Assembly (NCBI RefSeq): GCF_000150275.1
Contig: NW_002060955.1
Location: 1,885,503-1,917,717 of the forward strand
Length of the DNA stretch: 32,215 nucleotides
Direction: 5' to 3'
DNA from: Trichoplax adhaerens
Taxonomy: Eukaryota; Animalia; Placozoa
The position numbers were made by a program, and so were the translations under genes. How positions within the stretch are numbered: position 1 is the stretch's first letter; every line of letters begins with the position of its first letter. Below, one piece after another: positions 1-11,700 of the stretch. The notes beneath the pieces are model-generated. The model worked only from the letters and a program-made list of their open reading frames with translations, was not told the origin of the DNA and did not search any database.

Positions 1-170
1 CATTTAAAGGAGGTTAAAAGATCAATATGGAATAAACAAAGTCAAGAAAGGAAAGATAAACTGGCTTTACGTAGTTAATGCTAATTGTTCTGTAATTCTT
101 CTTGAAGTAAACATTAATAAAATTCAATTTACATCATAGACCGAACTTATTTATGCACCAAAGTATAGAT

Positions 171-620
171 GTGTTACAGTGTTAAATACTGTTTTACAGT
201 AGAAATATCAATGTTAGGATAATTCTGTTAGACTATCCTTATTTAGTTAACTTCTAATTTGGATATACTGTGTTTTAATATGGCACTGAATTTTTATGAC
301 AGTGACACTTATACACATACTGAAATTAATAGTTATAATAGGGAATGCAAATCATCTACTTACAATTCGAATCATTGTGATTGTTATTTACTTATGGACT
401 ATTGAGGAGTAGTATATAAATGCAGTATATCGTGAAATAAAGAGAATTTCTCCAACTTAGTGTTTAACGTAAAATACGAGGCGTTTAAGTCTTTGTGCAG
501 TTTGATAGTAGAGCAAAAGTGTTCGTGATAGTGCAGATATCTTTCCTTGATACTTGGTTCAAGGAATTGACTTATTGATCGTATATTGCGTTATCTTGTT
601 GCAAAGCTGTTTTGTGACAA
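171..620 (+). repeat. Dispersed repeat copy A (inverted relative to 23380-23863)
   Basis: Blocks such as gttaggataattctgttag, taatagttataatagggaatg(c/t)aaatcatctacttac and caaagctgttttgtgaca recur as reverse complements at 23380-23863. Confidence 0.88.
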
Positions 621-710
621 GATGTAAATTTAATCACTTTTTCGTATAGGTAATGGAGATAATACGTATTTTACGGCTACAGTAAATTATATTAATCTAC
701 CCTTACATAT

Positions 711-3492
711 AAATTTTGCAAATTTGATAATCCTTTAAAATATCTTTCCTTGAGTTTTTCGATATTATTTCCACTTGTATCACTTTATAGATCAGTGTAT
801 GATTGTATAACATGTTCTTAGTGACATATACTACACATCTAAACTTATGAAATAGCGAGACCGATAATATTGACTCACATTTCTCTTATATTGGGAAATA
901 GTTCAACAATGTCTAGATTTGCACCACATATTTCCACGATTTGATTACCGGAAATATTTCTGATTCATAAAAGTACGCGAATATACAATGATAGATCCAT
1001 TATTGTTAATAATTCAATAGGTTTAACTTTAATTTTATAATCTTGCTATGGCAAAGAAACAGACTTAGTATGTTATTTAATATCTGCAGTAAAATCAATT
1101 TTAAATTACCCTACTAATGCACTTACAGCTTCTTCAGGTATACATATCGAATTAAAAGCATAGTATCCGAAAAACTTACAACATTTGTAGCTGTTTGAGG
1201 CTGCAAAATGTATTATTTTCTATCGCAACTAGTTTATTAGCAGAGGTGCGGCTATATTGTAGCAGATAAGATACGTCAAATTAAATCCGATATTAAAGAC
1301 CTAATGAACTATGATATTATTTATTTACATTAACCATATGATCATAAAAGGATATCACATCTTACAAATTTGTAATAAAAAATATTGCAGAGCCTTTAAA
1401 AAATGACTAAAATAAAAGTAAACTCATTATTAATCTTGCTATGCTATGTAACGGATTCATTGTAATAACTGTCACATACTCAATTGTTACCACACATTAC
1501 TAGCAGAGCAATACAACCTTTTTATTGAAATTTTTAAAGAAATTCTTATAGCTTACTTACAATTCCATCAGATTTATTAAGTTGCTAATATGGTGGCATT
1601 TTAACTGGTACACTTGGTTACCTACAAGAGAACTATAGTGCTCATAGTTAATATTCAGATTAATTTTTCAAGTTACGTTCATGATCTGATGGCAAATATC
1701 GGAAATAAAGCTGGTAAATTAGCTAACTATTAATATATGAAGAAAAGCTAAGCTGATCAAAATTTAGAAGCTTAAATACAGGTGATAATCATCATCTCGA
1801 AAGCCCCTATTAGAAGTTCGCAGCTTACACTAGGCCTAAGAATGACGATATTTCTAATATCGTCTTCTTAGCTCTTTGAAATGAAAGCTAACTGATTGAT
1901 ACAGCCATGAAAATAACTGAGATATAGATTGATAGTTTATGGTAACATTTCGCTATGAACTTCTCAAAAATAAAATGCACAACTTTAGGAATTATTGTAG
2001 TTGGTGATAAAGTAAATCCTTACGATATCATGACGAAATAGTGAATGTTTCAAGTAGGTATTAGAAATATAGAATTTGATATAGCTCATAATCGAAACAA
2101 ACTTATGCATAAAATATCTTATTACTTCAAATGTTCGTATATGATAATTAGTCATAATAACAATATTTTTATTAAAAATATGCTGATAGTGTAATAAATA
2201 TGTTTACTACGACTGATAGTATATATAAATGGGATAGTAATCAATAAAAAGTGAAAAGAATTTCGTAATATTGTGTTATGCGATAGTGTGTGTACTTCCC
2301 AAAGATTTAAGTTACTGTACCGTATGCTGGGAAAATAGTATTACAGATTAAAGGAAAATTTACTAGAAGTACCAGTATTATTTCTTGTGTCGCAAGAGTA
2401 GTTGTGGCACTGATATAATTAGGCAATACATTCGAAATTTTAGTATACTAAGTTATAAACTGATTATTTGTACAAAAGGTAAACATGCTGAAAATAATAT
2501 ATCATAGCGAAAAAAAGCGTGTTGCACATTAATAAATAGTAAAATTAGTTTCAGATACTGTAAAGCAGAGTAGGTGAGAAATTTGGATAGCCATAAAAAT
2601 ATGGATTCTGTATAATGCAAGTCTCTCTTGAATTTGATCTGGCGCTTTATGTTTAAGTTTTATTATGATTTTACCTCTACGATTGCAATAAGCAAAAAAA
2701 TATGAAAGTATCTCGGATGGGACTTAATTTTATTTTATCTTGATTTACTAAGTACGTTGTTGTATAGTGATTAAAAATTAATTTCTAATATTACTTATGC
2801 CAAGCTGCGGATGAGGATTACATTACGTCATTCACGTACATGTACCGGTATGAAATTGGCTTCAATCTATTTAATATGGTTTTACTTACTCGTTAGGTAA
2901 CTTACGAAACCCATAGCAATATTATAGTGTTTTACTAGTACTATCTAGATTTGGTAGAGCGAAACTAAGATTAGTTCTCATGACTGTATGATAAGAAATT
3001 ATTAATACTCAGCAGCTTTTTTATTAGTATAGGTTGTATTGAAATTCTAATGGAACATCAATCAGCTCTATAGATATTCTCCAAAAAAAGGAATTTACTT
3101 ACAGGCTGATACGACTGCTCAATGTGGCAAATGAACCATTTTTAATAGTATGAATTCTATTACCAGCCAGGTCTCTAATTAATGAAATTAGGTCTCTGAG
3201 ATAAATATTAAGACTATTTACGTTTACTTCTGTAAATATTATTAAATATTGTTAGCTGACAGGCTATATAATTATAGACAGACATAGCAATGAACACATT
3301 CCAACTTACATTCCTATTTGATAATTTCAATTTATGAAATGAGTTTAATAGACGTAGTAACGATCAATGATCATTAACTACTCCTTCAATTAAAGTATAA
3401 GTATTCATCTTAAGACTTACAATGCTTGCAGGTTGTTAAGGTTGTTGAAGAAGCTAGGCTGTATGGTTGAAATATTATTGTCCGAAAGAAGT
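711..3492 (-). pseudogene. Tandem paralogous LGR remnant (5'-truncated, internally deleted LRR exon series; may continue beyond the window start)
   Basis: Exons: 3421-3492 LLSDNNISTIQPSFFNNLNNLQAL; 3103-3174 DLAGNRIHTIKNGSFATLSSRISL (~LRR14); 1561-1632 SLVGNQVYQLKCHHISNLINLMEL (~LRR15); 1180-1251 RTSANKLVAIENNTFCSLKQLQML (~LRR16); ~1127-1152 IRYVYLKKL (3' part of LRR45); 879-959 NISGNQIVEICGANLDIVELFPNIREI (~LRR46); 711-782 DTSGNNIEKLKERYFKGLSNLQNL (~LRR47; donor reads ATATGT). No signal or LRRNT exon was found between 3492 and 4607. Confidence 0.8.
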
Positions 3493-4606
3493 CTATGGAA
3501 AAATAAACGAGTATAATGATAACGTTATTGTTATAGATTGTGACGGAGTACAGACTTCGTAAATTAATTGTAACGTTAGTTTTAGTAATTAGTAATTAAG
3601 ATTTTATTAATTGTTAAGAACCTTTATTTAGTCCTATTAAATTTACTGTAGCAGTATCAAGATAATCCTTGCTTATTAATAGCTTAAAAAATACAAATAA
3701 AGCTATCTCACTAAGACATTTCCTCTAAATTTAGGAATTGTACTTTGGAGCTTAACAACTTTGGAGGTAATAGATGCAATCTAGTTAAGCTGGTTGGCAA
3801 TTACTATTTTAGTCTATCTAATCCTAAATTAAGGATTTCAACTGTTAATTACTAAAATTACAATTAAGGAGAGCGAAACTTATTTCTGAGATATAAACAT
3901 GTATAGAACGTAAGATAGAAAATAAAATATACGATACGAAGATTACTTTTGTGGCACCCTTACGTAATTGAATCTGAAGACTAACTCGAAATATCGCATA
4001 TACTAAAATCTTAGTCATGTTATACTATCGTATCCATTAAAACAAGCCATAATCAAATGCAAAGATCCAATAATTATTGGATACAAAAAGCCATTTTTGT
4101 TTTATCCTGCATGAGTTTTGTGATGGAAGGTTCGAAGAGTCTGCAGACGTGGACTCCTTACGCATTTCACAATAATGATACTAAGGGTTATTCGAAAATG
4201 AGATATTTATTGTAGATAACAACTACGTACAGTGTGGTAGTTACTAGTAGATCAGCGTGTAAGCTGTTGTGAAGTAACGTGTATAGATAATAACACTAAC
4301 AAGTGCAACTGAACAAATCTGAGGCAGAAATCATCAGTATTAATAGTTTTACAGGGAGAACATATGCAGAGAATAGGATTGTAGAATTAGATACATCATA
4401 TACCATAAACAGGCTATATAATAGTAAATTATTGCAGGAAATAGCGAAGGCTGTAGATACTATAAATAACTAAACATGACCAGCCATATTTGAGCATAGT
4501 TGAAATAGACTGTAAAGGTATCTATATTCGGAACATAACAAAATGTCTATATTTAAGAACATGTCTAAAGACTACTGTGAAAAATAAATATACTACAAAT
4601 ATGATA

Positions 4607-5777
4607 TTAAAATGTAAATGTACGCTGAGTATTAGAGCATTCTTTATCGGCGTTAGATTTTTCGTGATGATGATCCAGATCGTCCATATTTTTCTCCAGC
4701 TTTATTTGCTTACGTCTTTTTGTTGTCCTCTTTTTCCTAATTGTGTAGGTTGCACCAGTCGCTGGACGAATAAATAATCCTTTGATTACGGCCGCACTTG
4801 TTAAGGTATACAAGTATGGATTAAGAGCAGAATTTATAGGTAATGCAAATATACCAATAAATTGTAGTGTGATAACGTCAACACCATCACTAGATGCGAA
4901 ACCAGCAAAATTCACGATATAATAAGGTACCCAACTAATTAAATCAGTTATTAATATGATAAATAGACGCAATGCAATCATTTTATCTTTTCTAGCTTTT
5001 GCTTTTCGATTAGTTGCTTGTGTAACAGCTTTACCAGTATCGCGAATGTAGATAAACAATCTAATATAAAGTGAGCATGTAATAATCCAAGCAATAATTG
5101 TAGAAACGATATAGGCTATCATCCAGACTCTGTAGTCAGGGTTCTCATAATTGCTTGGCATACACATACTGTTAAAGGTGTATAATCGTTTGTTACCAGG
5201 CTGATTGATACTAAATAATGACGGTATGAGTGCAAATGTAAATCCTCCTAGCCATATTATACCAATAATCAGCCGAGAATAGAAACGGCTTAACTTTTTT
5301 CCTTCGAGCCCATAAACGATTGTGATGAACCGATCGATGCTGATTACTACCATTAAAAATACAGACACTATGCTAGATGTAGTCATAAGAGTACAAGATA
5401 CTGCACAGAGGGGATGTCGTAGCCACTTCTCAGATCGTATGCCATAAAGGCCTTGATTGCTATAAACCAAATTAGCAAATCCTATGATAAATAAATAGAT
5501 TGACATGATAAAATCTGATATGGCTAAATTATTGATTAAGAATAGGTTGACTTTGTCGGCTTTATTTTTTTTTTTAGCCCGAATAATGCGGAGGTTGCGT
5601 ACAATAACGAAAATGTTACCCAAAAAAGCCAGAATGCCAACAAGCCAGATGAAGAATTGTAATGAAATATGAGCAAGAAGATGCTGACAAGATGATAAAG
5701 TATCAGATATCATCGATGGTTTACAGGATAGTATTTTAGCAGGTATGATGCAACAAAAGTAAGGACGATTGGTTAAT
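4607..5777 (-). CDS. Terminal exon: LGR hinge (LTNRPYFCCIIPAKILSCKPSMISDTLSSCQHLL) + 7TM + basic C-tail
   Basis: The ORF 4607..5713 extends upstream in frame to an AG acceptor at 5778-5779. It has seven hydrophobic helices, DRF at the DRY position, NPYLY (NPxxY) and TM3/ECL2 cysteines. Confidence 0.96.
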
Positions 5778-8700
5778 CTGTTAAGATATTGAAAAGTAAA
5801 ACAAACAGCTTGCTTAACCTCTGAAGTTTAAGCAAATACACCAATTGAAAGTAAGATAGTTGGTTGAATATTGTTACTTTTACTTACATTTCCACTAACT
5901 TAGATGGACCATAAAATGACTCCCGAGATACTTCGCCTAACCAATTCTTTCGTAAATCTCTAATTTTTATAGATTTTAAACATAAATTAAAATTAAAATA
6001 AATGGAAAATATCATAAAAAAAATGTAGAAATATTTTCACAATATGTATACCAACTGCTTTCTAACTCATGTCAATAAAACCTTATATTAAAATCAAATG
6101 AGTATTTATGTTTATTACAAAATACTGTGCGCTATGGTAATCATTCAACTATATCTACGCTGAATCGTTATAAATATTATTTTAACATAGAATGCAAGTA
6201 GCTTAAGATAAAATGGCCTGGCTAATCTTCGCTAGCATGTATAATGAATTCCTATCATAATTTAGAATTTAGTTTTCTCTTTGTGTAAATGTTTTTATCG
6301 AAACGTAATAACGTAATCAATTTGGAATAAAAGCTTTGGCGATGGTAGGATAAGCTCCAAGCTTAACCTTTCTGTTTTTGAGACTCATTTTGTGACGGTA
6401 TCGCTATCTATCTAATACCAATAACTGTATAGAAGGTTCACACTACTCCCATTTGGTATAAGATATAGCGAATTGTACACACATTCATTTAATGTTTGAG
6501 TAAAACCAACTGCTCTTACTCTCCGTATTATTTGAATAATGATCGTGTAAGTGCCTGTACTATTCATAATTGCGGCGTATAATAGTTGTAAGATTGTAGA
6601 ATAGCGAAAAAATCAGTGAACGTAGTACTTTTCATAATTTTCACTCATAATTTAAGAAGTATGATTGAACTTGTATGAAATTTTGTGTATACTTACGTGA
6701 TATAATTTTATTACCAGCATAAATTGTTTGCTACATGATTGTGTAAGTAGTAATTTCTAGTACTTGAGCGTTTGTAGAGTACTAAATTCAGTGCATATCG
6801 AAGTAAAGGAAAATCACACGACGGTATTAAATGTACAGTAGATGCGCGCTAAAACTGACGAATATATGAATATACATTCAAGAATCATGTGCTGTTGAGT
6901 CTAGTTACTACAGTATGTTATACGATAATTAACTAATCAAAATATCTGAATTTATTTGCGTCTTAATATTATAACGTAAATTCGACAGTCCATTCACAAA
7001 TGCAATAAATGTTAAAGCTTCTTTTCGTAATCATAATAATTATTTTATGGTATCATTTGAGCAGCGTCAGTAGCAAAATTAGATTTTAAATTTTCTTTTC
7101 CCGTACTTACAATTTTTGCAAGCTTGATAACCCTCTAAAGCATCTTTCTTGGAGCGTGCTGATCTTATTTCTACTTGCATCGCTTTGTTGTTGATACATG
7201 ATTGCATAAGTTAGTATTGGCAATATTCATTTAAAAAACAAATTGTAAACCAGTAATATTAAGTTCGTTACAAAAAGACTCACATTTCCCTTACATTCGG
7301 AAATAGTTTCGCAATGGCTTGATAGCATAATTCTTCAATTATATTACCGGAGATGTTACTAACGCATGCAAGTATAAATAATGATGGATTTATCGTCGTT
7401 AGTAAACCCTTACCAACATATTACAGTTATATTTTTTCAAAGAAATGAGTCTATTGCAGTGTTCCAGATTTTAAGAATTAAAATCATATCCTAAGTATCC
7501 TACATTTTCATACGATTTTACTGCACGTGTACTTACAGCTTCTTCAAATTTCCATATCGAATGGATAATGAAGAATAGATCTTCTCTAATTTATTATTTG
7601 AGAGACTTCTATAATAAATATCACAATATTGAAAATGGATAAGAAACTATAGGTATATTAGCGTTACAATCAGAATTTTAATCTGTAATTTGCATGCTTC
7701 GCGACACAGAAATTATATACGGTAAAGAGTAAGGCGGATATCTTCCTTCCTTGGTGAATGTTGTATTTATTCTATGATGCGTTATATCTTTGGTATTAAA
7801 CCAATATTATTGGATTTGAGCTAATATCTCGTTTGCATCTTTTCACAATTATGGTATCGTATTGCAGCCATATATAGATGATTTAACATAAAACCGTAAC
7901 ATCAGTGATTATTATAACCCCATAAAGTTGCTATAAAATATTAAACCTAAACATTTCCGTCATGGCAAGGATCCTCTATATGTATTAAAATACTTGAAAT
8001 ATTTTGCATTAATTAATAAAGACTTTAAATTTAATGATCTTACAAATCCGTTAATATGTTTTCATCCTTGTTAGAGATGTCGACCATATCAAATTCACAT
8101 ATGCTGTTGCCGTCCAATGATCTGTCATTAATTAAAGGCTTAAATTAAATGAATATAAAAGTTCGTAATGTATTTTAGGTTTACAGTCACAATTCTAACT
8201 TGAAAGCTGCAGTATTAAAATAATAAACTTACAAAATTCTAAGGGAGTCAAATGCAAACGCTTTTTGGGGAATGGATGAAATATTGCAATTATTTAAATG
8301 GCTATAAAGGACGATAAAATAAGAATAAAAGGTGATCAGTAATTTTCGATGAGAATTCTGTGATTATTAGTCGCAACTGTAATCCTACTGTAATATTCAG
8401 ACAGCTTAATATCTATTTTAAGGCACATCTAGCAGAATTCTATTACTGTAGGTGCTTAACAAAAATCTTTATAAATCTTGTTGAATACAAATTTATTTTC
8501 ATTTTAAAATTATGCTAGAATAAAATAGGTAACTGTTACGGAGCTTGATGCCCCTTGCGTATAACTAGTAGTCAATTTACGATAGTAGAATAACTGTATT
8601 GATATACTGTCGTGTGATTAATAATATTATTAGAGATTGTCGTGTTGTAGACAACAGTCCTTAACTGTTGATTATTATTATTGTTATTTAATTAATCATT

Positions 8701-11700
8701 AATTAATTATGCCGAAGTAGGCAATAGAACTAATGGTGCGATTGCACCATAAATGTGTGATAAATAATTGAACTTGCTAATTAATATTAATTAGTGACAA
8801 GTATTAATTAAAACTCGGTCTAGTCTATAGTAAGCCTGTATCACACATTATATAATTTAACGTGAAAGATTAGCACTGGGGTTATTTGTGTGACGTATGA
8901 AATTGTATATAAGCTTGATTCTTAATTTTGAATCTCAATTCCACTAAGGCTAACATAGAGTACACTGATACTAACGTAAAAGGGCTAGTAATAAATATAT
9001 TTATTAACCTAAACCTATCGTTTGACTCGATTAGTATAGTATAGGAATGAGATAGTTTTCCCTTACTGAGGATCTCGGGAGTTGGTCGGAGAATCATAAG
9101 AGTAGATAGACTAGTTTAGGTACGATCACGAAAGTTGTCTTGTGACAGTAAGAAACAGTCTTCTAATCAAAGGGTAAAAGCTCAAGCATAATTTTGCAAA
9201 CAGAGCTTCCGGTGACTTCAATCTAGTTAAGAGAATTATCATTTAACGTACATTAAAATCTCTTAGTAGTATTACGTTACTGTCAATATTGTAAAGCATA
9301 AATCGTACGATCTTATCAACAAATGTGTACTTTTGAGTGGCGATACATGTTAATATAAGGCACTAATGTACTTAGAAAGTCTCTACATATAAGTTTTTAT
9401 TTAGCCTATTATTAGAAAATTTAGTAGAATTAATGATATTTATGAAATCTAAATTAGGAATAGTAATAACAAAAATAAGATGTTCTTGTAAAAAATTTTT
9501 TTTAATGCCCTGCAGTTTATAGCCTTTAGCGTAACAATGAATAGTTTAAGAAAAGTAATTTTTATTTCTGACTTATACTTACTCTTAGTTCAACTACTTA
9601 CATCCCTACTAGGAATGGTCCAACAAGGTCAGATAAATCTTTCATGAGGGTGTCTAATGTTATTGGATTTTCACTAACATCTCTATACATTCAAGAAAGT
9701 ATGGAAAAATCAAGAGCGCTTTTCAAAGACAGTACATCTTTGTAGATAAATATAGATGATAGAGAATTTATAAGTGAAACTGACCAAATCTTCTATTTTA
9801 AATAAATAATATTATAACGCCTATATTACATGTTTTAAACTATTACAAATATTAGTGTTCGTAGGTTCAAAAGCATATTGACGTACAATTTCAGGTTAGT
9901 TATAGCTGCCATTTCTTTAATATCTGCATTCCATTCATTTCCTGCTAATTTCCTATTAAATAATCATTCAGGCAATTGTAAATTAATTTTCTGTGAATGC
10001 TCTTACTCCAGCCGCGATTATAATATTTGCAAAGGGTTTACTGTTTAATAATAGAATAGACAAGTTTAAAATCTAATTATTATCGTGATATTGTGTTATA
10101 GCTTACAAGTCATTTATTAAGTTCAATTTGTCTAGAAAATCTTTCTTCATATCTATTCCGTTCGCTATCAGTCTCGTGTAGCTCATGTCACTAGTCAGCA
10201 AATGCAAAATAGCTAATTAGTTCCGAAGGTATATTAAATAAAGATTTAAGTGACTTGAATCACAAATTTCAATCAGCAACTTACATTTTTTTAATTTGGA
10301 AGAATAAGCCATCACAGTCAGGATCAAACCTCTTGATATTATTATGCGCTAGTATTCTAAAAGATATGAACAGATATACTGATTAATCTATTTTATACCT
10401 ATTGATTCTAAATTCTTAAAAGTAAATATTTTTAAATAGTTACTAGATGTGGTATTATGCCAAGGAAATATTCGAATGAATGTGCTACTTACAAAGATCT
10501 AAGTACTGGAGGTAATCCTGAGCAAGTTAGATTTGAAATTTTATTTTTTGCCAAATCTCTATCATTAAAATAGACATAAAGAATTAAGAAGAAATTTCTT
10601 ATGAATGGAACGGTGATGTTATGGCATTAAACAGTATATCATGCTATATTTCAAGATTTTTATTGAAAGTATCAACAATTTATAATAAATATTTATAGTT
10701 GGTTTATTGTTATATTAAAATCACGAGTATAAATAGTTAGATAAATATATCAATTATTAACGATAAGATAAAGCTCTAATTATCGACTCTTTCAAGACTA
10801 TTCTTTCTTAGAATGCTAAATTCATCGCTTTCAGCCATAATGTTACCGTTACCGCTAGTATTTGATACAGTGCAACAAGCCATATTTCATAAATCATTTT
10901 TGCAGATGTTTAAATTTATTGAGTTAATTACATTTGAGAATATTTTTGCAAGAATTGCAGTCTGCTAATTAGGTTATTAAAGATTCTATGGATACATATC
11001 TTATACTTACAGTTTTTCAAGAAACGTCAATCCCAAATCATCTTGGACAGACAGTTTTATTTCATTATCGCTTAGATCACTATAGAAGGAAATGCAATCT
11101 AGCTAAGTATCTAAGTGATAAATTATACTATCGATGTACGAAACAATCGCTGTACTGCTTACAGAATTCTTAAATTTCGGTATCTTGAAAACGGTTTATT
11201 TTGCAATGATTCGATTCCATTATTACTCAAATACCTGAAGTTAAATTATTTAAGTTAATATAATAAGATTTTATCACCAAAATTTTCATAAGGTTTCTTA
11301 CAATTGGCTGAGGTAGGGCAATGTGATGTTAAAAATTTCTGTAATTTTTTCAATACGATTGGCATTTAAGTTTCTTGGGTGATAAAAATACCAAGAATCA
11401 GGAATAATTTACGTTAGAATAAGCCTTCCAAGAAGTAAAATCGAAAATTTTTAATTTAGCGAAAAAGATAAAATTGAGTGTAGAGAGCTATGAATTGGGT
11501 AATAAGCTCATCTTACAATATTCGTAGATTTTGTAATCCTTTTAAAATAGGGTTAACGTTCGATATTTGATTATTTTGTAGATATCTATTTTGTATATTC
11601 AACATAAGCGTATTATGAATACTTATATTAAGCAATGAAGAACATTTCGCTGTTAATAATACGTGTATGTCTTACAAGAAAGTTAATTTCGTATTCATAA

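Noticed and set aside
4490-4777. 95-aa plus-strand ORF
   Set aside because: Antisense shadow of the GPCR C-tail and 3' UTR; TTG start and no motif.
6697-6756. Possible exon bounded by AG/GTAAGT in the LRR47-48 intron
   Set aside because: Stop codon in the phase-2 frame and no LRR pattern.
9175-9251. LRR-like text LNDNSL..RLKSPEALFAKL in an intron
   Set aside because: Needs a frameshift and lacks splice sites; cannot be distinguished from chance.
10988-11173. 61-aa plus-strand ORF
   Set aside because: Antisense to LRR exons 36/37; chance ORF.
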